Assembly: GCA_963719515.1 (NCBI GenBank)
Contig: CAVRCJ010000010.1
Coordinates: forward strand, 192,001 to 256,000
Source of the DNA: an uncultured cyanobacterium
GTDB lineage: Bacteria; Cyanobacteriota; Cyanobacteriia; CAKZMO01
Reading direction: 5' to 3'
DNA length: 64,000 nt
The notes beneath the pieces are model-generated. The model worked only from the letters and a program-made list of their open reading frames with translations. It ran no database searches and was not told the origin of the DNA. Numbering within the stretch: position 1 is the first letter of the stretch; the number at the start of each line of letters is the position of its first letter. Shown here piece after piece: positions 1 to 9,378 of this stretch. The translations under genes were made by a program, and so were the position numbers.

Positions 1-236
1 ATCGCCCAGAGAGAAGGATCGGCCAACCTCACAGCTGCCTCAGCTTGCGCGAGCCGCTCAATGACGCGGGCTTCAATTCGGGGCCAAGATCCTTGAATAG
101 CCTCGTCGCCAAACAGCTCTGCGCGAATAGCGTCCGTCGAAATGAGCAGCTCGGCGGGGGCGAGCTGCCGGGCCAGGGTGGTTTTGCCGCTGCCGGGCAG
201 CCCCACCATAATCATCAAGCGGGCCACACCACTCAT
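1..236 (-). CDS. P-loop kinase/ATPase (AAA_33-like), 5' part; runs off the window edge
   Basis: Manual minus-strand translation from ATG at 236: MSGVARLMIMVGLPGSGKTTLARQLAPAELLISTDAIRAELFGDE; Walker A GLPGSGKT. Not in the ORF track because it is truncated. Confidence 0.8.
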   Translation of the reverse strand, partial: MSGVARLMIMVGLPGSGKTTLARQLAPAELLISTDAIRAELFGDEAIQGSWPRIEARVIERLAQAEAAVRLADPSLWA

Positions 237-260
237 ACCATAGCGCCCTGAAGCGTTAGG

Positions 261-905
261 CTACTTTTTGGGTGAACCCGACGACTTAGAAGAGCCTTTT
301 TTCCGAGAGGCGCGAATCGCCCGCTGAAGGATGAACACTGCAAAGGCGATCGCCAGCCCAATTAAGACGACTTTGCCCACCGGCCCTAAGAAGCGGCCAA
401 TGACGGTGTAGTTTTGTCCCAGAAAATAGCCCGCAGCGGTCAAGAAGCCAATCCAGACTACGGTGCCTAGGGTGGAGTAGAGCAAAAACGGCACAAAGGC
501 CATTTCCTCTAGCCCGGCCGGTACCGAAATATAGGTGCGAATGCCGGGGATCAGTCGACCCAGCATCACCGCAATTGAGCCGTAGCGGTTGAACCAGTCG
601 CGAGACTTGTCAACGTCGTCCGCCGACAGCCCAATAATTTTGCCGTAGCTGTCCACCAGCTTTTTGAGCCGCTCGGTGCCCAGCGATCGCCCCAGCCAAT
701 ACCAGGGCAGCGCCCCGGCCACTGAGCCTGCGGTTCCCGCAATAATCACCCCCACCAATCCCAGATCCCCTCGGGAGACGCTGAATCCCGCTAAAGGCAT
801 GATCACCTCCGATGGAATGGGAGGGATCACGTTTTCTAGGAACATCAAAAAGGCGATGCCAAAGTAGCCCAGGGAGGCAATGATGTCGGTGATCCAGTTC
901 AGCAT
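261..905 (-). CDS. DedA family membrane protein
   Basis: ENVIPPIPSEVIMPLAGF and GRLIPGIRTYISVPAG motifs; several TM helices. Confidence 0.92.
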   Translation of the reverse strand: MLNWITDIIASLGYFGIAFLMFLENVIPPIPSEVIMPLAGFSVSRGDLGLVGVIIAGTAGSVAGALPWYWLGRSLGTERLKKLVDSYGKIIGLSADDVDKSRDWFNRYGSIAVMLGRLIPGIRTYISVPAGLEEMAFVPFLLYSTLGTVVWIGFLTAAGYFLGQNYTVIGRFLGPVGKVVLIGLAIAFAVFILQRAIRASRKKGSSKSSGSPKK

Positions 906-964
906 GGGGTGCTCTAGCCCTCCGGGCTAAGGTGGAGTAGTTGTCAGAGATAGATTAATTTAGT

Positions 965-1175
965 TTAGCCCCCTGGGCCGGGCTACTTTGCTTTAGCCCT
1001 CTGGGCCCGGGTAGTCTGCTTTAGCCCCCTGGGCTGGACTACTTTGCTTTAGCCCTCCGGGCCGGGTTAACTTGCTTTAGCCCTCCGGGCCGGGTTAACT
1101 TGCCTTAGCCCTCCGGGCCGGGTTAACTTGCCTTAGCCCTCCGGGCCGGGTTAACTTGCCTTAGCCCTCCGGGCC
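965..1175. repeat. 28-bp tandem repeat array, 7 full units plus a partial unit (consensus TTAGCCCTCCGGGCCGGGTTAACTTGCY)
   Basis: Units start at 965, 993, 1021, 1049, 1077, 1105, 1133 and 1161 (partial). An isolated core TAGCCCTCCGGGCTA lies at 915-929. Confidence 0.95.
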
Positions 1176-2663
1176 AAAGTACTGCGATACGAAATTGCCG
1201 TGTAGACCGTAGGGTACGTGGTGCTTCAGCCGCAGGGTTGCGATCGCCCCCTGCTCAATATTTTTGGCGTCTAAAATCACCAGTTCTGAGCGTCCGTGGG
1301 CGGCGTTGAATACCATCGTCATCACCCAGCCTTCGTCTTCTGCCGTCGCGCCTTCTGGCCCCTCCGGACGGGGCACAAACACCGGCTCTCCCACAAACCC
1401 CTGAGGGGCCGCGCTCCACAGCTGCCGCTTCCCTGTTTCTAGATCTGCCTTGAGGATGGCCTGCAGCGGGGCATTGCCGCTGGGCTGGTCTGCCGCCCCC
1501 AAGTAAACGTAGCGATAGGGCCGTCCGGCATGGCGAGGGTGAACCGAGGGAAACTCGCAGCAGCGGCTCTCCAGCTGCGAGCGCGCCACCGTCTTTTGCT
1601 CTAGGTCTAGCTCGAAGCGCCACAGCTGTCCCTCTGGCACCCGGGAGAAGTCAATCTGGCGAAAGTCTTGGTTGGGCTCTACTTCGGGGAAGCCGCTGTA
1701 GCACACCGAATCGATGTGGACCTTTCCGCCTTTTTCAAAGGCATTGGCGTGGTGAAAGACAAAGCCGGACTGGGTCTCTAGGGTCACTACCTCCCCGGAC
1801 GGCTGGCGCGGCACTAGAAGAATGCGGGTGGGTTTGTCGGGCTGAAACTTGATGCATTCCCCTGGTCCCCGCAGCCCTAAGGCAAAGGGCACGGGGTTGA
1901 AGGCCACCGGGTTTTGAAAAAAGATGGCGTAGTTGGGGGTAATGGCAAAGTCGTGGATGAAGGCAAACCCCGGCACGTTGTAGGCGTAGCGTCGCCGCAG
2001 CTTGCCGCTGGGGTAAAACTCGTAGAGGTTAATTTTGGTGGATAGGCCAGGCTGGATAGAGAAGTTGACCAGGCAAGGCTCACCGTCGATAAACTGGCAG
2101 TCTGGGTCTATCCGGGGGTGGGCGGCGAAGGAATCCGCCTCTTCCAGCACGTCATTGAGAGAGTCAATGCCAATGGTCTCTAGGGTGTGGGGGTTGAGGC
2201 GGTGAGGCTTGGCCGCTTCCCACAGCGCCAGCAGCTTATCGCCCCAATAGATGACGTTGGTGTTAGCGATATTTTTGAGGCGAAAGTCGAAGGCGTTGGC
2301 CAGCGGCCCGCCCGGCTTCTGGGTCCCAAAGACGCCCCGGTAAAGAATGGCCTCTGCCGCCTGCTCGGCGCAGTAGCCCTCGGTGCGCACGTAGCGGTTG
2401 CGGAAATGGGCCTTTCCGTCCTTAAAGGCGATCGCGCAGATCATGCCGTCGCCGTCGAAGGGGTGCTGAATCGGCGTGCCGCCAATATCCATCAGCCCTG
2501 GGCCATTGCGAAACAGGGTGCCCGCTAGCGCCGGGGGAATCTCTCCCTCAACGTCATCAATCCAGTAGTCGAACTCGTTGTAAAGCGAGCGGTAGCCGTC
2601 CTGCCACTCTTGTTGGCGGTAGGAGCGGCCGTGGGTTTGAGCGATGGGGGTTGAGGGTGTCAC
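1161..2663 (-). CDS. Carotenoid cleavage oxygenase (RPE65/ACO family)
   Basis: GTLFRNGPG and HPFDGDG motifs; His-containing motifs FAAHP, FIHDF, FHHAN, GLHG. Confidence 0.92.
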   Translation of the reverse strand: MTPSTPIAQTHGRSYRQQEWQDGYRSLYNEFDYWIDDVEGEIPPALAGTLFRNGPGLMDIGGTPIQHPFDGDGMICAIAFKDGKAHFRNRYVRTEGYCAEQAAEAILYRGVFGTQKPGGPLANAFDFRLKNIANTNVIYWGDKLLALWEAAKPHRLNPHTLETIGIDSLNDVLEEADSFAAHPRIDPDCQFIDGEPCLVNFSIQPGLSTKINLYEFYPSGKLRRRYAYNVPGFAFIHDFAITPNYAIFFQNPVAFNPVPFALGLRGPGECIKFQPDKPTRILLVPRQPSGEVVTLETQSGFVFHHANAFEKGGKVHIDSVCYSGFPEVEPNQDFRQIDFSRVPEGQLWRFELDLEQKTVARSQLESRCCEFPSVHPRHAGRPYRYVYLGAADQPSGNAPLQAILKADLETGKRQLWSAAPQGFVGEPVFVPRPEGPEGATAEDEGWVMTMVFNAAHGRSELVILDAKNIEQGAIATLRLKHHVPYGLHGNFVSQYFGPEG

Positions 2664-2730
2664 AGGAAAGTAGGGATAAAGAACGGGTAAACAGGTCGCT
2701 GGAATAGAGCCGATGCTTGATAGATTTGGG

Positions 2731-4212
2731 TTAATCTACATCGGCAGCGGGCTGCAGCGCGGGAATCGACGGGGGCGTGTAGGTCTGGTGGCTCACCGAT
2801 GTTGCTGTAGACATGGCCTCGTGGCCAACTGCCGGGGCCGGGAACCTATTGCCCTGTGCCTTTTCTTGAGCCGCGTTGGTGGCACTGTCAATATTGTCGT
2901 CCGGCAGCAGCCGCAGAAACAGCAGCGGCAACAGCGTGCTGACGTTGGCCACCAGCACCAGCACCCACAGGTGGTCAAAGCTCACCTCAGTAATACCCAG
3001 CGCCTTGGTCAATAGCGCTCCGCCCTCATGGGAAACCAGCCGCGCCATATTCAAAATCGACATCAGCAGAGCAAATAGCGTCGCCTCTACCCCCGGCGGA
3101 CAAATGCGGGCCGCCAGCACCAAAATCGGCATGTAGGCAATTTCTCCCATTACCGTCAGCACCAGGCTATCTCCTAGGCTGAACCAGCGGTCGTCGATGC
3201 CCAATGTACGGTTAGCGTGGGTTACCAGCAGCAGCGACGTCAGCCCCAGCACCGCCGAGATCAAAATCGTCCAGCGAAAAATGATGCGAAAGGGGACTTT
3301 TTTGAAAAAGCGCTGAAAGAGCCAAATGCCTGCGATCGCCGCCGCGCTGGTGACCAGCCGCAGCCGCCCTAAGAACTCAGCGCTAAACCCCAGGTCGTTG
3401 GTGGAAAAGAAAAAGAAGGCCGAATCGGACGAGGGGGTGGCCTGCCACACGAAGATAAACAGGGCGGGCATCCAAATGGCCCGCTGACTCACCGCCTGCC
3501 GCAGGAGGCTCACCTGCTGCCGCACCACCACCAGGCCCTGATTAGCCTCGACCCGCTCCTCGGCAATCAGCCCCGCCACGCAGGACACCAGCAGCGGGAA
3601 GGTGGCGGTAATCAAAAAGACCGTCTGGCTATCGAACTGCTCTAGCAGCGAGCCGCTGAAGTAGGCCGTCAGCAGTCCCCCTACGGCGGCAGTCCCCCAG
3701 CACAGCGACTGCAGACTTCCTGCGGTCGCCTGGGACTCGCGCCGCGCCCGCTCCACCACTAAAGAGTCGACAATCACGTCGCTAAGGGCGATGGAGGCGG
3801 AACTTAGGGTAATGGCAATGGTGGCCGCGATCGCCGTATGGACTACTGTCGCGAGCACGACCCAGGACCCAGCTCCCACTAGCCCCGACAGAACCAGATA
3901 GGGGCGGCGGCGATAGCCAAAGATGGGCAGTCCATCGGAAACAAAGCCAAAGACGGGCTTAATAATCCAGGGAATGGAGACTACCCCCAGCAGCGCCGCC
4001 ATCTGGGTCGGAGAGAGGCCAAGGTCGTCTTTGAGGAAGAAGCTTACGGCCAGCTGGGCCAGCCCCAACGTGCCCTGAACAAAGTACACCAGCAAAATGG
4101 CGGCTAGCTCTAGGCTGGGGCGGTTACCAAACAGCAGGTGAGTTTGCGCGGCAGTGGCGATCGCCTGCCGGGTTGACTGCTGTGGGGTGGTGGGGTCGGG
4201 AGGCGAGGCCAT
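2731..4212 (-). CDS. Folate/biopterin family MFS transporter (BT1)
   Basis: PWIIKPVFGFVSDGLPIFGYRRRPYL and CPPGVEATLFALLMSI motifs; start placed at ATG 4212. Confidence 0.9.
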   Translation of the reverse strand: MASPPDPTTPQQSTRQAIATAAQTHLLFGNRPSLELAAILLVYFVQGTLGLAQLAVSFFLKDDLGLSPTQMAALLGVVSIPWIIKPVFGFVSDGLPIFGYRRRPYLVLSGLVGAGSWVVLATVVHTAIAATIAITLSSASIALSDVIVDSLVVERARRESQATAGSLQSLCWGTAAVGGLLTAYFSGSLLEQFDSQTVFLITATFPLLVSCVAGLIAEERVEANQGLVVVRQQVSLLRQAVSQRAIWMPALFIFVWQATPSSDSAFFFFSTNDLGFSAEFLGRLRLVTSAAAIAGIWLFQRFFKKVPFRIIFRWTILISAVLGLTSLLLVTHANRTLGIDDRWFSLGDSLVLTVMGEIAYMPILVLAARICPPGVEATLFALLMSILNMARLVSHEGGALLTKALGITEVSFDHLWVLVLVANVSTLLPLLFLRLLPDDNIDSATNAAQEKAQGNRFPAPAVGHEAMSTATSVSHQTYTPPSIPALQPAADVD

Positions 4213-4307
4213 TATGTTAAGAAATATCAATTCCCCTTATCATAACGCCCTATCTCTCCGGTGCCCTCTGGCGATCGCGCGCTCCTGCTCTACCGAAGGG
4301 CTGAAAC

Positions 4308-6569
4308 CTAATTTTTTGGTGAGAGCGCGCCGCCGTCTATTCCGACCCGTTGCGACGATGCCTTTTCAGCTGGCTTGATGACGACTCGCAGATACTTTAG
4401 CCCAGTGACTCCCTGCAGGGGTTCGACGACTCCTTGGTCTACCTGCTCTTCAACCCAGCCTTCCCGCATCAAATAGCGCAGATACTCTTCATACTGCTGC
4501 CGCTCACTGCCCGTGGAGTAGACCACCGTCAGCTGGCCGGGCTGGGTAATGCGATCGCGGGTTTCTTGGTCAACGGCTTTGTCGATGCGCTTCTTCACGA
4601 TCTCGTAGCGGGTGTCGCGGGTGCCTCTCACCTCAAAGGGGCGGTCGGTACGCTCGTCGTGAAAGATATCTACCGTCAAATCCTGCACTAAAACCAAGTG
4701 GGTCATTTCCAGCGTGGTATCAAACTCGGTCTGAATTTGAAAGGCCCGCCTCGCGCAGTGGCAGATGCCTCGCAGCTGCTCGTAGCGCAGGCTACGTAGA
4801 TAGAAGGGCGAAAAGCTAGCGTTGATAGACTCCCCTGCATAGATCATGTGGTCAATGCCGTCAGTCGTCTCCACATCGCAATAGTGGGGGATGATAGTCT
4901 GCATTTTCGCTTGCCACTCATCCCAAACCTGACGCAGCTGGGTGTTGAACTGGCTGAGCAGAGTATCGTAGGCGTTGCGGGCGGTATGAACGGTGCCCAG
5001 ATTGTTGCTGCAGGCGGTCTGATAGGCCAGAACGGCATCCTGCGCAGCGTGACTGCATTGGGAAAAGTAGTCGAAGTTAGCTTCGACGCAGGTCTGTAGA
5101 TACTGAACCGCCGTTACTTCCGTATCGACCGTCACCCCCTGACGCAGCTCCGTTACCTTTGCCTGGAGATCGAGTCGTATTTGCTCACACAGGGCGTGTC
5201 CCTCGGACTGGTAAGCCACGTCTACAATAGCGATCGCCAGCTCAAACTGGGTCAGTAAGTCTTCTTGAATGGCGCGGTTGCGCTCATGGGAAGAGCCGCG
5301 AATATCGGATACCCCATACAGCGGATAGACGTTCGCGAAGACGATAGATTCGGACGGTAGCCCCCAGCTGCGCCGTTCAGCCTCTTGGGCAAAGCGCCAC
5401 TCCACTGCGGCATGAATCTTACTGGTAAACTGCCGCTGCTGCAGCTGTCGCAGGGCGTTGGTGAGGGCCATAGTAAATGAAGGAATAAGCTGCTTCGCCT
5501 GTTTACGGTCGACGCCGTCGAAGTGATGGACCTCATTGCTGAGCAAGATGACCACGCCGATAGGATTACGGACGCGCTGGCCCGCGACAGACGTTTTGGC
5601 AATCAGGGGCATGAGCAACATCGAGCGAGTGCCCATCGCCAGCATCTGGTCGCCCTCTTCTGTGGCTGGCACCTGAGCTAGGTCCGGTACGGCGACGACC
5701 TGATCGGTTTCGATGGCTTGAACAATAGGCTGTCCTTTGAGAGAGTCTAGGGAGTACTCTGCGGCGTCAATCTCCTCGCTGATCGAGCCGCTAAAGATAC
5801 GAACCGTGTTGCCCTCAATGCCGGCGATAATTGTGTTCTGTGCCCGGAACAGCTGGCACATCTGCTCGTTGAGCTGCTCAAAGGGCTGGCTGCTGCAAAT
5901 TGAGTCTTTATTGACTAGCAGCTGGGTAATACGGCGAATGGTCTCGCGCGTAGTAATATCGACGCCTTCGAGGGCGATTGTCCCTTCGAGGACGTAATCC
6001 ACGGTGTTCATCTGTTGAACCAGAGGATCGAGCCACTGTGGATCGTTGGCCAGCGCTCGCTGCTCATCGAGGGTCAGAGTTTCTAGCGATAGCTTATCTA
6101 GCGGGCAGGCTTGGTCTGGATTGATGTGGATGCGTAGGCCATGGGGCCGCAGGCAGAACTGGACATAGCGCGGGCTGGGGTAGAGCGGGCTCTTGATTCT
6201 GGCTAACACGGGTTGGTTGAGCGATCGTAGGGGAGCCTCGAAGCGGTAATCCTGGACAAGCAGATTGTGGAGCAGCTGTGCCTTTATCAACCAGTGAAGT
6301 TCTCCCAACGTTGATTTGGGCAGCACGCTGAGATCTGACAGCCGGGTTTCAGCCGGTGCAATGTCCTCAATGTTGGCCCCCATGAACTGCTGAAAGTAGC
6401 GGTTGGTGGCCTCTATGGCGTCAGTTCTAGGGTCTATGAATGCAACCAGCATCTCGCTGGGCACGACGTCACAGACGCTATCGCGATGGCCTGAGGTATG
6501 TGACGGTTGCAGGTGAGAGGAGACCAGGTCGGCAATGGAAACCAGGTTATTGGGAGTGCAGGCAGTCAT
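4308..6569 (-). CDS. GAF domain-containing protein with uncharacterised C-terminal domain
   Basis: Central GAF-like segment (RSMLLMPLI...IGVVILLS...HFD); C-terminal RYEIVKKRIDKA region. Confidence 0.75.
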   Translation of the reverse strand: MTACTPNNLVSIADLVSSHLQPSHTSGHRDSVCDVVPSEMLVAFIDPRTDAIEATNRYFQQFMGANIEDIAPAETRLSDLSVLPKSTLGELHWLIKAQLLHNLLVQDYRFEAPLRSLNQPVLARIKSPLYPSPRYVQFCLRPHGLRIHINPDQACPLDKLSLETLTLDEQRALANDPQWLDPLVQQMNTVDYVLEGTIALEGVDITTRETIRRITQLLVNKDSICSSQPFEQLNEQMCQLFRAQNTIIAGIEGNTVRIFSGSISEEIDAAEYSLDSLKGQPIVQAIETDQVVAVPDLAQVPATEEGDQMLAMGTRSMLLMPLIAKTSVAGQRVRNPIGVVILLSNEVHHFDGVDRKQAKQLIPSFTMALTNALRQLQQRQFTSKIHAAVEWRFAQEAERRSWGLPSESIVFANVYPLYGVSDIRGSSHERNRAIQEDLLTQFELAIAIVDVAYQSEGHALCEQIRLDLQAKVTELRQGVTVDTEVTAVQYLQTCVEANFDYFSQCSHAAQDAVLAYQTACSNNLGTVHTARNAYDTLLSQFNTQLRQVWDEWQAKMQTIIPHYCDVETTDGIDHMIYAGESINASFSPFYLRSLRYEQLRGICHCARRAFQIQTEFDTTLEMTHLVLVQDLTVDIFHDERTDRPFEVRGTRDTRYEIVKKRIDKAVDQETRDRITQPGQLTVVYSTGSERQQYEEYLRYLMREGWVEEQVDQGVVEPLQGVTGLKYLRVVIKPAEKASSQRVGIDGGALSPKN

Positions 6570-6897
6570 GGTGACGTCCAGTGGAGAGGATGGAGGGTTT
6601 CAGCAACTCATGTCCCTAGAATTACGCAATCCTCTACCGCTCGTTTTGATATTGTCTTAAGCTTTATAAAAGATTTGAGAACTGAAAGCCTATATGTAGG
6701 GGGGAAATAGATTGCTATAGCGGGAACATAGCCCCTCAGCCTATTTGAATAGGCTTTTGGATGGAGCCAGCTAAGCGGAAATTTAGGCCAGCAGCATTTA
6801 AAATAGGGCAATATTGTGCTAGCTTGGTGAAGCTTAAAAAATTTGCGTCTGCTTTGGCGATCGCTCTACAAGAGCGTCCTCCAAATGTCGCAGGTCT

Positions 6898-6970
6898 GGC
6901 TCAGTAGCTCAGTGGTTAGAGCAGGGGACTCATAAGCCCAAGGTCGCAGGTTCAAATCCCGCCTGAGCCA
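6898..6970 (+). tRNA. tRNA-Met (CAT), probably elongator
   Basis: Cloverleaf with GGCTCAG/CTGAGCC acceptor stem, CTCATAA anticodon loop and GGTTCAAATCC T-arm; no encoded CCA. Confidence 0.93.
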
Positions 6971-7187
6971 TTTATTTTGTTTAGAGCGTTTGCAGCTCGC
7001 CTAATTCAAGTTCTTGAGGCGTAAAGGACTATGTTAGTGATCGTCGGACTGTTTCGTTAGCGTCAGTCTTGAAATAAGTTCGATTGCTAGGCTCGTCTTT
7101 ATAAAAATGCGCTGTAAGACGCTGATATCCTCTGGCAAGGAATTGCGGTGTGACTGAGCTACCATTCGTGCTTGGCGAGAAAAAATC

Positions 7188-8348
7188 TCAATTCTTTTTC
7201 ATCACTAGAATCCTTTCAAACTTCGTCGTATCAGTTTTGCGGCGCGATCGCCGTTCATCGGGGATTAAGTCATCATAGATTGTCTCAATCTTGAGCGCCC
7301 CGCGAGTGGTCTCGACAGCTAAATCAGCTAAGATTTCAGCCGTACGTTTGGTTTCTCCATTTTTCTTGACATCGCCTAAAACTAAGATGCAGTGGGCACG
7401 TGATTTGAGTATTCGCGACATTTCCTGTAGACAGATACTCATCTGAGGTAAGTAAACTTTGCTGCTTGATGTCAAATCAGCGTCGAGCGATTTCCAGTCA
7501 TCACAGCCTAGAAACCAAAGGCGCAGCCGATTGTCTCGGGCATAGTCCAGTGCTCCGAAATAGGGTGGGCTAGAAATAATAGTGTCGACCGTCTCATCAG
7601 CTATAGGCAAGTTCATGCAGTTGGTAGACCACACCCGGTACTGCGCCGGGCACCAGCTCAACGGCAAGCAGTGGCGACGATAGGCCCGCTTGACTTTCGC
7701 AATCAGGCGAGATCTTAGATCCCGGTACTCATACATTTTCGGAAACGCTTCGGGGGGATATTTCTTCTTCCGGAGATAGGGAACTAGGTGACTCGCTGGG
7801 TAAGAGAGAAAACCGGGGCGAACGTGGTGGAGGATGCCCATCAGGCAGGCCAGCAGAAAATAGTTCTCTTTCTGCCGCAGCAAGGAAAATCCTGCTAGAA
7901 CTTCCCTAAAGGTCTCTGGGTGAAAGAACTCTTGTACCCAATCGGGGGCGAGTGCGCTATCTATTATTTGCTTCTTTTGATCAACTGCATCGAGCAGATG
8001 ATGCGCTTGATCTAAAGCAAGTATTTCGCTGGAGGGGGCTTCCAGTTTGCCTCGCGTTATGGCATAGGCGTAAGGGCTCAAGTCGTTAGCCCAAGCAATT
8101 CGCTCTGACAGAGCAGCTTCCAACGGAACGACACCCGAACCACAGAAGGGGTCGAGAACGATATCGCCGGGCTTTGAGTACAGCTCCAGCAGAACCTGAA
8201 CCATACCCGACTTGAGTTTACCGACGTAGGGGGATAGCTGTTGTAGGGTGCTTTCGCGAGCGTTGAAAGACCCGTGCCACAGCGATGCGTCTAAAGCGGG
8301 AGCTTTTTTACCGAAGAGGCTGAGCTGTTGGACATTTTGCTTGTACAC
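7188..8348 (-). CDS. DNA amino-methyltransferase, probably N4-cytosine
   Basis: Motif I DPFCGSG at the N-terminus precedes motif IV SSPPY (alpha-type order). Confidence 0.85.
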   Translation of the reverse strand: MYKQNVQQLSLFGKKAPALDASLWHGSFNARESTLQQLSPYVGKLKSGMVQVLLELYSKPGDIVLDPFCGSGVVPLEAALSERIAWANDLSPYAYAITRGKLEAPSSEILALDQAHHLLDAVDQKKQIIDSALAPDWVQEFFHPETFREVLAGFSLLRQKENYFLLACLMGILHHVRPGFLSYPASHLVPYLRKKKYPPEAFPKMYEYRDLRSRLIAKVKRAYRRHCLPLSWCPAQYRVWSTNCMNLPIADETVDTIISSPPYFGALDYARDNRLRLWFLGCDDWKSLDADLTSSSKVYLPQMSICLQEMSRILKSRAHCILVLGDVKKNGETKRTAEILADLAVETTRGALKIETIYDDLIPDERRSRRKTDTTKFERILVMKKN

Positions 8349-8363
8349 GGATAGGTTTTGCCG

Positions 8364-9230
8364 CTAGGGTTGCCACGAACGGGATAGACTACTGTCTACG
8401 ATAGTTCCCTGATGGACTACCTTGACCTCCCGACGGAGCTTTCCTCGCTCTAGCTGCAGAAGTTTAACGTGAACATTCCAGATGTGCTTATGGTGCCTAT
8501 TAGAAGATATGTCGAAGAGCTCAAGGATCAGTTTTGGTAGCCGTAGGGTTTTTAGAGTGTGAATGGGAGGCTCAGGGTCATCTTGAGATGGAACACGCTG
8601 GGGAAAGAGAAATATATCTGGGGCAGTATTTTGCGTGATGGTGGCCTCCTGACCTGGATATTTAGGGCAGGGGCGAGCCGGGGTGCCGCATAAAAGATCC
8701 TTGAAAAACAAAACGTCTACCTGCTTTTGTCGTCGAACTAGCTCATTGGTGAGTCGGTTGATGATGGAATGGGCTCCATTGGCAGGCTGATTGACGATCG
8801 CCCCGTCTAGGTGGCACCAAACGGCAAATTCTCTAGCCCATAGAGGACGTTCAGAAATATTGATGCTGTTGCCTTCACCGCCTTTAACTTCGATACAGGA
8901 AAAATAGTCAGGATTTTTCTGAATGGCAACGGTGAAGTCATATCGGTTGCTCCGTCCAGTTTGGTCGTAGTCGGCGATCTTCCCATTCTGCCGCAGAGCC
9001 TGTAGGATTCGGCTGACGAGCTGCTCCCGTCTTACAGTGGATGAAGCGATGAAAGTGCCGCGAATGCTTTCGACAGCGGATCTAAAGACGAGGCTGGACT
9101 TGTAGTCTTCGGGCTGAATGGCGTGTTGGAGCAAAATATCTGGATGCCACTCATCCATATGAGTAAGTAAGTCAATAGTGGGCTGAACCTGGCATGTGAC
9201 GTTTGGCTGGTGCTGACAGGGTAATGCCAA
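8364..9230 (-). CDS. Putative type II restriction endonuclease (PD-(D/E)xK-like)
   Basis: RYDF...IEVKG catalytic-like pattern; 15 bp upstream of the MTase on the same strand. Confidence 0.55.
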   Translation of the reverse strand: MALPCQHQPNVTCQVQPTIDLLTHMDEWHPDILLQHAIQPEDYKSSLVFRSAVESIRGTFIASSTVRREQLVSRILQALRQNGKIADYDQTGRSNRYDFTVAIQKNPDYFSCIEVKGGEGNSINISERPLWAREFAVWCHLDGAIVNQPANGAHSIINRLTNELVRRQKQVDVLFFKDLLCGTPARPCPKYPGQEATITQNTAPDIFLFPQRVPSQDDPEPPIHTLKTLRLPKLILELFDISSNRHHKHIWNVHVKLLQLERGKLRREVKVVHQGTIVDSSLSRSWQP

Positions 9231-9378
9231 CGGCTAAAATCTCCCGTTAGTTGATAGAGCAGTCTTTCTAGAAAGTCTAGCGGCAGACTGTGCGATGACG
9301 CTGATTAGTCTCGAACTATTTTTTGGGTACGGTTCTATCGTCGCCGTTTTCTCGTTTGGTTTCTGTAGAGTGTACCGG

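Noticed and set aside
965..1175. 28-bp repeats as a CRISPR array
   Set aside because: Units are directly adjacent with no unique spacers, and there are no cas genes in the window
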